In this document: piece by piece, positions 1 through 9,485 of the stretch
Layout: each line of letters opens with the position of its first letter
How positions within the stretch are numbered: position 1 is the first letter of the stretch
Source of the DNA: a virus
Lineage: Duplodnaviria; Caudoviricetes
Strand: one strand, 5' to 3'
IMG/VR virus record: IMGVR_UViG_3300048865_000015
Coordinates: 1-51,281 of that record
DNA length: 51,281 nt
Position numbers and translations under genes: made by a program
Notes under the pieces: generated by a model
What the model was told of the DNA's origin: nothing
The model's database searches: none
What the model saw: the letters and a program-made list of their open reading frames with translations, nothing else

Positions 1-2
1 AG

Positions 3-764
3 ATGTACCGGCTGTTCCTGCCGATCATGCGCGACTTTGCCCATGCGCGCGAACAGGTGCTGCGCACCGATGGCGAACTCAACGGTCATGTCAACGTCGG
101 CATGATCGCCTCGGTCGCGCAAGGCGTGCTGTCGGATGCCCTGGCGGAGTTCGCCGCACAGCACCCCAAGGTCACGATTACCGTTACGGACGGCTATAGC
201 GCGACGCTGGCGGACCTGGTGGCGGCGGGCCAGCTGGACGCCGCCTTCATCAACAAGCCCCGGCGGCCGCTGTCGCTCAATGTCGAACACGTCGCCGACG
301 AAGACGTCATCATGGTGACGTCGGCCACGCATCCGCACAATCTGGCCGCGACGATTCCCTTCCGCGAGGCCGCCGCCCTGGAGCTGGCCCTGCCGACGCG
401 ACAGCATGGCCTGCGCGGCATCCTGGAAAGCTTCGCGCAGGCAGAGGATATCGACCTGTCTCCGGTCTTCGAAATGGACTCCATCGTGTCGATCATCAAG
501 CTGGTGGAGCGTACGCGCTATGCGACGCTATTGCCGCGTGTGGCGGTTCGCAACCACGTGTCGCGCGGCGGCCTGCGATGCCACGATGTGGTATCCCCGC
601 GCCTTATCCGCCAGGTGGCCTGCGTGACGCATCCACGGCGGACGCTGAGCGCCGAAGCCGCGGCATTCGTCGCCGTCCTGACCAAACATGTGCGCAGCCT
701 CGCCGACGAGGAAACGCCGGACACGCTGGGCGACACGAAGAGCGCGCCGGACCGCCTCACATAG
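3..764 (+). CDS. LysR-family transcriptional regulator (5'-truncated, substrate-binding domain)
   Basis: GHVNVG...FAAQHPKVTITVTDG...GQLDAA and C-terminal LSAEAAAFV are typical of the LysR substrate domain; the HTH lies outside the window. Confidence 0.85.
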   Translation: MYRLFLPIMRDFAHAREQVLRTDGELNGHVNVGMIASVAQGVLSDALAEFAAQHPKVTITVTDGYSATLADLVAAGQLDAAFINKPRRPLSLNVEHVADEDVIMVTSATHPHNLAATIPFREAAALELALPTRQHGLRGILESFAQAEDIDLSPVFEMDSIVSIIKLVERTRYATLLPRVAVRNHVSRGGLRCHDVVSPRLIRQVACVTHPRRTLSAEAAAFVAVLTKHVRSLADEETPDTLGDTKSAPDRLT

Positions 765-867
765 AGACCGCAGGCTGGCGGCACATAAGATCATCGGTTG
801 GCGCCACATACGGACCATCAGGCAGCGCCATATAGGAAACACGGCTTGGCGGCACGCGCTCGTGCGG

Positions 868-1791
868 CTATCCGTCCACCCTGGCACGCAAGGTATCGAA
901 GGCCCGCAGCACGCGCCGCACCGTCGTGGCGGCGCGCCAGAAGCGGCGCCGCAGTGCGTTGCCCGGCAGCCATAGCGGCCGCACCACTTCTGCTTCCGCC
1001 CAGGCGGGCTTCCATCGGCGCATATTGCGCAAACGTTCAGTGATGGTCACCGTCGGTATGCCGCAGGTAGACGCCAAATGCCCCACCCCCGAATCCGATC
1101 CGATGAACCATCCGGACTCATACAGGTATGCGGCCAACGCATCGAGCGACGGGGCGTCGACGAAGCGAAATGCATGCGGGTTGGCCCCATCCAGCCACGC
1201 CGCGCGTTCGTGCTGCTCCACGACGAACTCGGGCTGCAACCCTCGGCGCGCGAGGGCCTGGGCCAGCTTTTCGTACTTGGCGCGCGGCCAGCATCCCTCC
1301 GGCGAACCCGCGGTCGGGTGGATGACGACGCGTTGTCGATGCGTGCGGTGGCGCAGGCCAGGCGGCGGCGCCAGGCCGTTCGCATCATCCCAGGCCGCCA
1401 CGCCGAACACGTCGCGGGCGTAAAGTCCGAGTTCGCCGACCAGCGCTGGCCGCCCGTGCTCGCGCAGGCGTGCCGCCGCTCGCGCGCGCCATTCATCGAA
1501 ACAGGCGAACCTGCCTTGCTCGATGGCCCCGCGCGGCAGGGGGCGATCGGCATGCATCTGCACGACCACATCGAAATCGGCCAACTCCGCCGCCGCCCGT
1601 TCCGCGGTTGGCACGGGGCGAATATCCAATTGCGGACACCATCGCGCCAGCCTGCTTATCTGCGCGCTGAATACGGTCACATCGCGCCCGGCGCGCGCCA
1701 GGTTATTGGCCAGCGACATCATCAGCAGGGAATCGCCCAGGCGCGCGGAAAGCACCAATGCGATACGGCGGGCGGAATGGAAGTCAGTCAT
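868..1791 (-). CDS. Glycosyltransferase family 9 (ADP-heptose:LPS heptosyltransferase-like)
   Basis: RLGDSLL, VVIHPTA...WP and FIGSDSGVGHLASTCGIPTVTI motifs. Confidence 0.85.
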   Translation of the reverse strand: MTDFHSARRIALVLSARLGDSLLMMSLANNLARAGRDVTVFSAQISRLARWCPQLDIRPVPTAERAAAELADFDVVVQMHADRPLPRGAIEQGRFACFDEWRARAAARLREHGRPALVGELGLYARDVFGVAAWDDANGLAPPPGLRHRTHRQRVVIHPTAGSPEGCWPRAKYEKLAQALARRGLQPEFVVEQHERAAWLDGANPHAFRFVDAPSLDALAAYLYESGWFIGSDSGVGHLASTCGIPTVTITERLRNMRRWKPAWAEAEVVRPLWLPGNALRRRFWRAATTVRRVLRAFDTLRARVDG

Positions 1792-2168
1792 TCTGAAATG
1801 CGTGCGGCGCGGTGAGGCTAGCGTGTCTACGCGGTAGAGCGGTGCGCAAGCTTACCCGCAAAACCGGGCCGCCGCGACGCCGCGGCCCGCAGGTGGTGCA
1901 GCCGGGCACTATCCCCCCAAACGCCAGCGTGGCGGGGGCCAGCACCGGGCGGCTATCCGTGGTCGCGCCTGCACGCCATAAGCGCCGGGACATGCGTTAC
2001 GGCGCCGCCGCGCCGGCTCCCCTTGATGCGCGGTCGGCGCGATCGGACTCTTGCCGCGCGCCAAGGGAATGGTTGCCAGCTACTCAAAACGGTGTTGCAT
2101 GATTCTAAAAGCGCCCCCGGATGCAGGCCAATAGAGTGGCTGTTCCTCTTCACCCCAAGGAGCCCACC

Positions 2169-3287
2169 ATGGCGACCACGAACGGCGCATCGACCTACGA
2201 TTCGACAATGCTGATTCTGTTCTGCGGCAGCGATTACTACGTCATCGACGACTACAACAAGCGCGACCTATATGCGGGGCCGACCCGAATCACGGATACC
2301 TGGCCGGAGCTGCAGCATATTCACGTTGCAACCGGGGGGACCGGGACGGCAAAGGGAACCTTCGGCTCGGACCTCGACGCTGTCTACTACGAAGCGAGTT
2401 CCAAAAAATTAGTATTTTTCAAAGGCGCGAGCTGCGCCATCGCCGACTACTCCAGTGGCCAGAAACCCACATGGGACCACGGGCTCATAGCGGACTTCTA
2501 CCAATTTTCCGGAACCGCCCCTACGACAGCCTTCACGGCCGACATTGATGGCGCAGTCGTGGGAAGAGATAGCAATCCGAATGTGGCGCATCAGCTCTTC
2601 CTGATCAAGAATGGGTATTATGCCGCCGGACCATCTACGCCGCCCCGGAAAGGCAGTCCGGTGCTCCTGACGTACTCGTCTACGAAGACACAGGCTGGCT
2701 GGCCTGTCCCGGAGCAGGACGACACCACCGTGGCCGCGGAGTACGTCTATCCGCCTGGCAGCCAGGTATGGGAGTCGACCCTGTTCGCCACCAATAACAA
2801 GAACAGCCAGTCGGTCGACGACTATACGGTCATGTTCTATACCTCCACGCAGAAGAGTGCTGCGCCAGATAAGTTGTGGCCCCACTTCAACGGCGCCCCC
2901 ATCGATGCCGCGGTGCGGCTGGATCCCAGCTTGTGCGGCTGCGGAAATACTGGCTCCGGTGACCCTGGCTCCGGTAACCCTGGCTCCGGTAACCCTGGCT
3001 CTGGTGACCCTGGCTCCGGCACTCCCGGTAGCGGCACGGGACAACCGCTGTGCTGCGAGCTTCCGATGATCCTACAGACGATCTGCAGTCTGACTGCATT
3101 GCTGAATAAGGTCGTCGACGCATGCTACCCACCATCGTCCTGGCCGAAGCATCCTTATCCAACCGGTTGCGGTAACGATGGTCATAAGGGCAAGGGATGC
3201 AAATGCTCGAACGGACAGGGTTCAAACGGCAGCCAGGGAGGGGACAGCACCGCCATAGTCGACCCTAGCGCTGGCTCGGGGCACTGA
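2169..3287 (+). CDS. Hemopexin-repeat-like protein with GSG(D/N)P linker and Cys-rich tail (copy 1)
   Basis: DLDAVYY...KLVFFKG, DIDGAV...LFLIKNG, PIDAAV resemble hemopexin blades; AAGGAG RBS before ATG 2169. Confidence 0.55.
   Translation: MATTNGASTYDSTMLILFCGSDYYVIDDYNKRDLYAGPTRITDTWPELQHIHVATGGTGTAKGTFGSDLDAVYYEASSKKLVFFKGASCAIADYSSGQKPTWDHGLIADFYQFSGTAPTTAFTADIDGAVVGRDSNPNVAHQLFLIKNGYYAAGPSTPPRKGSPVLLTYSSTKTQAGWPVPEQDDTTVAAEYVYPPGSQVWESTLFATNNKNSQSVDDYTVMFYTSTQKSAAPDKLWPHFNGAPIDAAVRLDPSLCGCGNTGSGDPGSGNPGSGNPGSGDPGSGTPGSGTGQPLCCELPMILQTICSLTALLNKVVDACYPPSSWPKHPYPTGCGNDGHKGKGCKCSNGQGSNGSQGGDSTAIVDPSAGSGH
2951..3030 (+). repeat. 15-bp tandem repeat (ggctccggtgaccct-like, ~5 units) encoding GSG(D/N)P
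   Basis: Directly visible in DNA and protein. Confidence 0.85.
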
Positions 3288-3409
3288 GCGTTCCTCGGAT
3301 CCATTACCGGGAAGTCGTCGCTGCGCCAAGGCATGCAGTCCTCTCCTGGCGCAGCGGCAATGTCGACGCTGCACCCCTGCGACGGATTCGCCGACGGTGT
3401 GGACGCGCC

Positions 3410-3678
3410 GGCTCAAGCTCCGTGGCGGCCGTGGCCAAGGCGCACGGGGTGAGAGTATGAAGATTCAGGGGTGAATGCCTTGCGATGGAGTGGTTCCGCA
3501 ACCGCATCGAAGCCAAGGTCGTCAGCGAAATCTGGCGACGACATTACAACCAGGTGCGGCCGTATTCCAGCCTGAAAAACCTGCCCCCCTTCGCATGCGG
3601 ATTCCAGTGAGGCTCGGTTGCCGCATAACCGAAGCCGTTTTTCAAGTATTCAGTTGTCCGAAGATACCGGGCAGGTGA
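3410..3678 (+). mobile_element. Internally deleted IS3-family (IS407-group-like) remnant
   Basis: From 3461 reads RFRGECLAMEWFRNRIEAKVVSEIWRRHYNQVRPYSSL (OrfB C-terminus), preceded by VAAVAKAHGV (OrfA-like); ends in an IR-like gtccgaagataccgggcaggtga. Confidence 0.7.
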
Positions 3679-3823
3679 GGCACGCGGCGTGCGATCGGAC
3701 GCTTGTCGCACGTCAAGGAAATCGGCGCCTCATAGTCAAAACGATGTCGCATGATTCTAAAAGCGGCCCCGGATGGTAAGCCAATAGAGTGACTGCTCCA
3801 CTTCCCTCCCAAAAGAGCCGACC

Positions 3824-4573
3824 ATGGCGACCACGAACGGCGGACTCGATACGACAATGCTGATTCTGTTCTGCGGCAGTCATTACTACGTCATCGACGA
3901 CATCAACAAGTGCGATGTATATGCGGGGCCGAGCCGAATCACGGATACCTGGCCGGAGCTGCAGCATATCCAGGTTGCCCCCGGGGGGACGGCAACGGGA
4001 ACCTTCGCCTCGGATCTCGACGCTGTCTACTACGAAGTGAGTTCCAGAAAATTAGTATTTTTCAAAGGCGCGAGCTGCACCGTCGCCGACTATTCCAGTG
4101 GCCAGAAACCCACATGGGACAGCGGGCTCATAACGGAGTTCTACCAATTTTCCGAACACCCCTACACGGTATCCTTCACGGCCGACATTGATGGCGCAGT
4201 CGTGGGATTAGGTTGGGTACTGCAGCTCTACCTGTACAAGGAGGGGGATTACACCTCCGGAACATCGAGGCCGCCCCGGAAAGGCAGTCCGATGTCCATG
4301 GATAACGCGGGTACGCTGGCACAGGCGGGCTGGGACAATCTGCTGCAGGGCGACAGCATCGTGGCAGCGGAGTACGTCTATCCGCCCGAAAGGCCGCGGG
4401 AATCGGCCCTGTTCACTACCCATAAGAAGAACAGCCAGTCGGTCGACGACTACGCGATCATGTTCTTTCGCTCCAGGCAGCAGAATGCTCCGCTGAATAA
4501 ACTGTGGCCTCACTTCAACGGCGCTCCAGTCGATGCCGCGGTGCGGCTGGATCCCAGCTTCTGCGGCTGCTGA
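3824..4573 (+). CDS. Hemopexin-repeat-like protein (copy 2, C-terminally shortened)
   Basis: Highly similar to 2169..3287; TGA at 4571 where copy 1 has GGA. Confidence 0.6.
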   Translation: MATTNGGLDTTMLILFCGSHYYVIDDINKCDVYAGPSRITDTWPELQHIQVAPGGTATGTFASDLDAVYYEVSSRKLVFFKGASCTVADYSSGQKPTWDSGLITEFYQFSEHPYTVSFTADIDGAVVGLGWVLQLYLYKEGDYTSGTSRPPRKGSPMSMDNAGTLAQAGWDNLLQGDSIVAAEYVYPPERPRESALFTTHKKNSQSVDDYAIMFFRSRQQNAPLNKLWPHFNGAPVDAAVRLDPSFCGC

Positions 4574-4785
4574 AATACTGGCTCCGGCAACCCTGGCTCT
4601 GGTCACCCTGGCTCCGATGATCCTGGTAGCGGCACGGGACAATCGATGTGCTGCGAGCTTCAGCTGATACTACGACCCTGTGGCGCGACGGGACTACCCC
4701 CGAAACGGTGGACAGGCGGGCACCTCACGCGGCGGCGCACCTGGCGCGCCGGAGGTGGTCACGTTCTGGGCACAGTCGCCGATGG

Positions 4786-4815
4786 AATAAAAAACGCCGC
4801 TGGCTAGAGCGGCGT
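4786..4815 (-). terminator. Intrinsic terminator downstream of the displaced tRNA 3' end
   Basis: Minus strand acgccgct-ctagcc-agcggcgt followed by a T-run. Confidence 0.6.
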
Positions 4816-4838
4816 AAGTGTTTAAAGCACAAGATTTT

Positions 4839-4883
4839 TGGTAGGCCCCCCGAGAGTCGAACTCGGCACCAACGGATTATGAG
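4839..4883 (-). repeat. Left att junction: displaced original 3' half of the tRNA(CAT)
   Basis: 45-bp near repeat of 50972..51016; exact 18-bp core gcaccaacggattatgag at 4866-4883 and 50999-51016. Confidence 0.93.
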
Positions 4884-4927
4884 AACGGTCCCGGTGCCCG
4901 AGGCCATTGATTTATAAGGACTTTTCG

Positions 4928-5827
4928 ATGATCGCAGCAGAGAGCGAATCGGATCATGGGCTTACAGTCCCCACGTTTTCCCCCACGGTGACCCTCCCGG
5001 CTCCTGTAGGTGCTCATGACCACGCCGCACAGCGCGAGTGGGAGCACTATCAGGTAGCCAAGGGCATCGAGCGCTACCGCCGCAGCCTCGTCCGAGAGAA
5101 CAAGCATGGCAAAGTCACCCAGCGAGACCTGGGAGATGTCACGCACGGACAGCGCATCGCTTCCGAGTTGATCGGGCCGATGGTTGCGGCGGTAAGCGAG
5201 TATCAGCAGGCGTTCGCAGACCGGCTCAACAGCCCGGACTGCCCTGACCGCCTCCCCGAGGCGACCACCGCCCTCACCCTGCTGCCGGCGGAGACCATCG
5301 CCGCCTGCGCCGTCCTGACCGCCCTGGCGAACCCCGTGGACGCCGGATGGACGTCGGTGCGAATCGCCTGCGCCGCCCGGCTCCGCCATGAGCTGGAGTA
5401 CCAGGAGTGGAAGCGGGCCGAGGCCGCCGCCGAGAAGGAGCGAAAGGCCACGGGCGAGGACGGGATCAACCTGTTCAAGCTGATGCTCCGCAGGACCAAG
5501 GGGGACGTGGACAAGCGCGTCTTCGACAAGTGGTCAAAGAAGTCCGGGAAGCTGCTCAAGCAGCACTGGGACCAGCGTCTCAAGGTCTTCATCGGCGGCG
5601 AAGTCATGACGCTGCTGGTGGAGTCCAACGGATGGTTCAAGGTCGAGTCGAAGTTCGAGCCCGGCCAGAAGTACCCGAAAGAAATGTTCGGGATGACGGA
5701 GACGGCCCTGGCCCTCACCAGTCACCTCGAAGGGCAGTGCGAATTGCAACGCCCATTCCTGGCCCCGATGATCTGCGAGCCCGCAGACTACGTGGTCGAA
5801 CCGCAGGTTTCTGCCGCTCTCAACTAA
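4928..5827 (+). CDS. T7-type RNA polymerase, N-terminal domain subunit
   Basis: QREWEHYQVAKGIERYRR resembles T7 QLALEHESYEMGEARFRK; ends RPFLAPMICEPADY resembling T7 PMFQPCVVPPKPW; AAGGA RBS before ATG 4928. Confidence 0.8.
   Translation: MIAAESESDHGLTVPTFSPTVTLPAPVGAHDHAAQREWEHYQVAKGIERYRRSLVRENKHGKVTQRDLGDVTHGQRIASELIGPMVAAVSEYQQAFADRLNSPDCPDRLPEATTALTLLPAETIAACAVLTALANPVDAGWTSVRIACAARLRHELEYQEWKRAEAAAEKERKATGEDGINLFKLMLRRTKGDVDKRVFDKWSKKSGKLLKQHWDQRLKVFIGGEVMTLLVESNGWFKVESKFEPGQKYPKEMFGMTETALALTSHLEGQCELQRPFLAPMICEPADYVVEPQVSAALN
4967..4990 (+). promoter_or_regulatory. Putative integrase arm-type site pair (CCCCACG x2)
   Basis: GTCCCCACGTTTTCCCCCACGGTG matches 50879-50902 at 21/24. Confidence 0.55.
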
Positions 5828-5845
5828 AGTGAATCGCTTACAAGG
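5825..5845 (+). promoter_or_regulatory. Operator-like palindrome (AAGTG-aat-CGCTT)
   Basis: Member of a 7-copy motif TAAAGYG-N3-CRCYT. Confidence 0.65.
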
Positions 5846-5855
5846 ATCTGTCGCC

Positions 5856-6050
5856 ATGAACCAAACTTACCCGCAAAACATCCTGGCAGACGTGCCCTGC
5901 ACGGTCGTAATCGCCGGCCGCACCATCCGCGTCGACCTGCCCAATGGCGTGCGCATCGGCGACTCCCATTGGGAGCACGAGGTCGCCAAGCGCGTCGCGC
6001 AGGGCATCCAGGACGCCTTCGAAACCTTCCCTCCCCGGAGCCACGTATGA
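5856..6050 (+). CDS. Hypothetical protein between RNAP halves
   Basis: AAGGA RBS; ATGA-coupled to the next ORF. Confidence 0.6.
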   Translation: MNQTYPQNILADVPCTVVIAGRTIRVDLPNGVRIGDSHWEHEVAKRVAQGIQDAFETFPPRSHV

Positions 6051-6292
6051 GCCGCATTCCCTGCCGCACTGGCGACGTTAACGCCGCCCTCGAAGCCATG
6101 CAGAACCGCGTAGAGGTCGTCTTCGTAGGCCCTACCGGCTCCACCGTCGAGATCTCCGACGACGGAGGCCGCACCTACCCGGTCCGCATGTACATGCCGG
6201 CCAGCTGGAACGACGCGGACGACCTCCGAGCGTTCGCCAAGCTGTTCAAGAAGCTGGCGAAGCGCCTGGAGCGCGAAGGACGCGGTAACTGA
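6047..6292 (+). CDS. Hypothetical protein between RNAP halves
   Basis: GGAG RBS, ATGA overlap, phage-like codon usage. Confidence 0.6.
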   Translation: MSRIPCRTGDVNAALEAMQNRVEVVFVGPTGSTVEISDDGGRTYPVRMYMPASWNDADDLRAFAKLFKKLAKRLEREGRGN

Positions 6293-6344
6293 AACACCCG
6301 CCCCATCGGGGCACCCTGAGACGCTGACTGGATACTGAAACCAA

Positions 6345-8048
6345 ATGACGAAACTGAACGGCGGTTACCTGACCCTCAAGACGGACGCGGTGAAGTCGAC
6401 CGAGTACACCAACACGCACACGTCGGCCCTGGACGTCCCCCTGAAGGGGGCGCACCTGGAGGCCCTGAACCACATCCAGAAGACCCGCTGGCGCATCAAC
6501 CCGCGCGTCCTGGAGACGGCCCTGGGCGTCAAGGCGCGTGCGATGAACGTCGCTGGCTTCCCCGCCTGGGAAGAGAAGAAGCTGCCGGAGTTCCCGGCGT
6601 CGGGCATCACGACCTCGCCGGAGTTCAAGGCGCACATCCGCGAGCGGGAGAAGATCCACAACGAGAACGCCCGGAACGCCGGCATGCGGAAGAAGCTCTT
6701 CGACATGCTGGCGATGGCCGACGAGCTGCGGGCATTCCCCGCGCTCTGGTTCCCGCACTACGCGGACTTCCGTGGTCGCTTCTACCCGCGCCCCCAGGAC
6801 CTGCACACGCAGGGCGATAGCCTCGTCAAGGGGCTCCTGGAGTTCGCGGAGCCGGTAATGACCAGCTCGCGCGGGTTCTTCTGGATGTGCGTCAACGCGG
6901 CGAACTACTACGGCGAGGACAAGCTGTTCCTGCATGAGCGGGCGCAGTGGGCGCAGGACCACATGGACGGCATCCTGGCCGTGGCCCACGACCCCCTGGG
7001 CGACGTGGACGCAAAGGCGTTTGAGTTCTGGTCCAACGCGGACAGCCCCTGGGAGTTCCTGGCGGCCTGCTTCGCCATCCAGGAGGCCGGCGCCTACCTG
7101 CGCGAGCACCCGGACTCCCCGACGTTCCCGAGCCGCATGGTGTGCCGCTATGACGCGACCTGCTCCGGCATCCAGCACCTCTCGGCCCTGATGAAGGACG
7201 AGAAGTCTGCCGCGCGTGTCAACGTGCTGCCCACCGGGCGCCGCGAGGACATCTACAAGGACGTGGCCGAGGCGGTGATACCCGAGATCCGCCGGGACAT
7301 CGTGAACAGCACCACGGCGGCCCTGGCGGCACTGTGGGACGGCCGAGTCGAGCGCAAGACCGTCAAGCGGGCCGTCATGACGACGCCCTATGGCGTGTCG
7401 GAGCGCGGCATTCTGACGCAGCTGGTGGCCGATGGCTTCGCTGACCACGTCGAGAAGGGCAAGGACCGCTACGCGGCGGCCGAGTACCTGACCGAGAAGA
7501 TCGTCGGTGCCCTGGACGAGTCCATCGAAGCCCCGCGCCGCGCCATGGCGTACTTCCGCGAGGTCGCCAAGTTCCTGGAAGAGCGGGACCTGCCCCTCGT
7601 GTGGGACACCCCGAGCGGGTTCACCGCGAAGCAGGCGTACTTCAAGACCGACGTGACGCGAGTCACGACGCTGTCCGGGAAGGTCACCCTGCGGCACGAG
7701 TGCCCCGAGGCCGGCTTCCAGCCCGGCAAGCAGGTCCTGGGCGCGGCGCCGAACGTGGTTCACTCGTTCGATGCGACCCACCTTGCCCTGGTGTGCGTCG
7801 AGATGAAGCGGCGCGGCATCCGCGACCTCGCCTTCGTCCATGACTCGTTCGGATGTCACGCCGAGCACAGCGACGTCCTCCTGGAAGTCACCAAGGACAA
7901 GTTCATCGAGCTGTACAGCGGCGACACGCTGGAGCAGTGGCGTCAATCAGTTATCCGGCACTCAGGGTGCCCCGATGTACCCGCAATACCTGCCCTCGGC
8001 AACCTGGACGTTGAGTGCGTCCGCAAGTCCGAGTTCTTTTTCTCCTGA
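6345..8048 (+). CDS. T7-type RNA polymerase, catalytic subunit
   Basis: DFRGRFYP, motif A YDATCSGIQH, motif B RKTVKRAVMTTPYG, motif C FVHDSFG, C-terminal FFFS. Confidence 0.95.
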   Translation: MTKLNGGYLTLKTDAVKSTEYTNTHTSALDVPLKGAHLEALNHIQKTRWRINPRVLETALGVKARAMNVAGFPAWEEKKLPEFPASGITTSPEFKAHIREREKIHNENARNAGMRKKLFDMLAMADELRAFPALWFPHYADFRGRFYPRPQDLHTQGDSLVKGLLEFAEPVMTSSRGFFWMCVNAANYYGEDKLFLHERAQWAQDHMDGILAVAHDPLGDVDAKAFEFWSNADSPWEFLAACFAIQEAGAYLREHPDSPTFPSRMVCRYDATCSGIQHLSALMKDEKSAARVNVLPTGRREDIYKDVAEAVIPEIRRDIVNSTTAALAALWDGRVERKTVKRAVMTTPYGVSERGILTQLVADGFADHVEKGKDRYAAAEYLTEKIVGALDESIEAPRRAMAYFREVAKFLEERDLPLVWDTPSGFTAKQAYFKTDVTRVTTLSGKVTLRHECPEAGFQPGKQVLGAAPNVVHSFDATHLALVCVEMKRRGIRDLAFVHDSFGCHAEHSDVLLEVTKDKFIELYSGDTLEQWRQSVIRHSGCPDVPAIPALGNLDVECVRKSEFFFS

Positions 8049-8050
8049 TA

Positions 8051-8066
8051 TAAAGTGAGTCACTTA
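8051..8066 (+). promoter_or_regulatory. Operator-like palindrome (AAGTG-agt-CACTT)
   Basis: Perfect inverted-repeat member of the 7-copy motif. Confidence 0.65.
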
Positions 8067-8067
8067 G

Positions 8068-8808
8068 ATGCAAGCAGTTAAGCTCCCCTACAGCAGCGTG
8101 ACGCAGATCGTTGCCGCCTTCAACCAGGGCGCTAAGTTCAAAGTCATTACCGCCACGGGCCATGAGTACCCGGTCTCCGCCATCAAGCCCAGTCCCTCCT
8201 ACACGGGGTTCAGGGTCGCGGCCGGCGGCAAGGACTACAGCATGTTCAACCCTGACGGGACTCACAGGACGAATGAAAAGCTGAAGCTCGTGGCCGTGGA
8301 CGCGGCGGACAGGTACGCCAGGGTCTTCGTTACCGAGGAAGAGGCCCAGGCCATGCAGGCGGCCAAGTCGTCCCACGCCCCGGCGTACAGGTCGCCCTTC
8401 GCCGCCGACCCGCGCCCGGTGACCTCGAAGGGAGTGCTGGAGCCGCGCAAGCCCGCCCCGTTCCTGCAACGGTACTTCGCTGGAGTCACCTTCCACAACC
8501 CGAAGACCCGCGAGATCGTCCATAACGTTGACGTCTCCGGGACCCAGATGGTCGTCACGCTGCGCAACCCGGAGACGGGCGCCCTGCGCACCACGCCTCG
8601 CTACAACCTGAACGGGACGCACAAGTTCCAGGCCGACCGCAATCTGGTCGAGGGCAACCCGCCCAAGGCGCCCAAGAAGGTGCGCGTGAAGGTCTACAAG
8701 AACGCGATCAACGGCCATCTCTTCGTCATCCGCGAGGGCGAGGTCCTGCCGAACATCCGGGGGATCAGCAACGCCACCGTGGTAGGCAGCACGACCATCA
8801 CCGAGTAA
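8068..8808 (+). CDS. Hypothetical phage protein with two internally similar segments
   Basis: 246-aa ORF; FNPDGTHR / YNLNGTHK similarity. Confidence 0.7.
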   Translation: MQAVKLPYSSVTQIVAAFNQGAKFKVITATGHEYPVSAIKPSPSYTGFRVAAGGKDYSMFNPDGTHRTNEKLKLVAVDAADRYARVFVTEEEAQAMQAAKSSHAPAYRSPFAADPRPVTSKGVLEPRKPAPFLQRYFAGVTFHNPKTREIVHNVDVSGTQMVVTLRNPETGALRTTPRYNLNGTHKFQADRNLVEGNPPKAPKKVRVKVYKNAINGHLFVIREGEVLPNIRGISNATVVGSTTITE

Positions 8809-8817
8809 CACCAACCG

Positions 8818-8844
8818 CCCCGGCCAGTCCGGGGTTTTTCTTTT
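8818..8844 (+). terminator. Intrinsic terminator
   Basis: ccccgg-ccagt-ccgggg-tttttctttt. Confidence 0.75.
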
Positions 8845-8864
8845 CCTACACCTGAAACCTGACA

Positions 8865-9485
8865 ATGGCTGACAAGAAGAAGTCCAAGATCATCGAGAAG
8901 TGCGTAACCCCGAAGGGTATCTTCAACTACGCATGGCTTGCCAAGCGCGACACCTCGGAATACGGCAAGAACAAGTACAAGTGCGCGATCCTGCTGGAGC
9001 AGGGCGTCAAGGAGAACGATGCGTTCGCCAAGAAGCTGAACGACCTGCACAAGGCCGCGAAGGGCAAGGCGGATAGCAAGCCGGCCAAGGACGGCTCCGC
9101 GCTGGCCGACGCCGCGATGGAGGACGGTAACGACAAGAAGGAGCGCCTGCGCGGCTTCTGGGTCATCACCGCGAAGTCGAACAACAAGCCCGAGCAGAAG
9201 GCGGCGGACGGCAAGACGGACCTGAAGGACACCGCCCGATCCGGCGACTTCGGCCGCATGTCCGTGGCCCTGGCCGAGTACGACACGGGCTCCAACAAGG
9301 GCCTGACGCTGTACCTGAACGGCATCAAGCTGCTGGAGCGTCGCGCCGGCCACGACCTGGGGTTCGAAGACGAGTCGGAAGACTACGAGAACGACGACCA
9401 GGAAGGCACGACCGACGAGGACGACCAGGACGACGACCAGGACGACGGCGGCGAGCGCAAGTCGCGTGACAACAAGGACTTCTAA
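8865..9485 (+). CDS. Single-stranded DNA-binding protein (T7 gp2.5-like)
   Basis: TPKG..YAWL.K.D, GLTLYLNGIKLLE, acidic tail ending in F. Confidence 0.85.
   Translation: MADKKKSKIIEKCVTPKGIFNYAWLAKRDTSEYGKNKYKCAILLEQGVKENDAFAKKLNDLHKAAKGKADSKPAKDGSALADAAMEDGNDKKERLRGFWVITAKSNNKPEQKAADGKTDLKDTARSGDFGRMSVALAEYDTGSNKGLTLYLNGIKLLERRAGHDLGFEDESEDYENDDQEGTTDEDDQDDDQDDGGERKSRDNKDF

Noticed and set aside
5828-6344. Intron or IS interrupting the RNAP
   Set aside because: No group I/II intron hallmarks, transposase, IRs or target duplication seen; the first half has extra C-terminal residues and the second its own ATG; not formally excluded
7188-7194. Other CTGATGA heptamers (also near 19581, 34038, 43394, 49903) as further hammerheads
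   Set aside because: Inside coding sequence; I saw no matching GAAA and stem architecture
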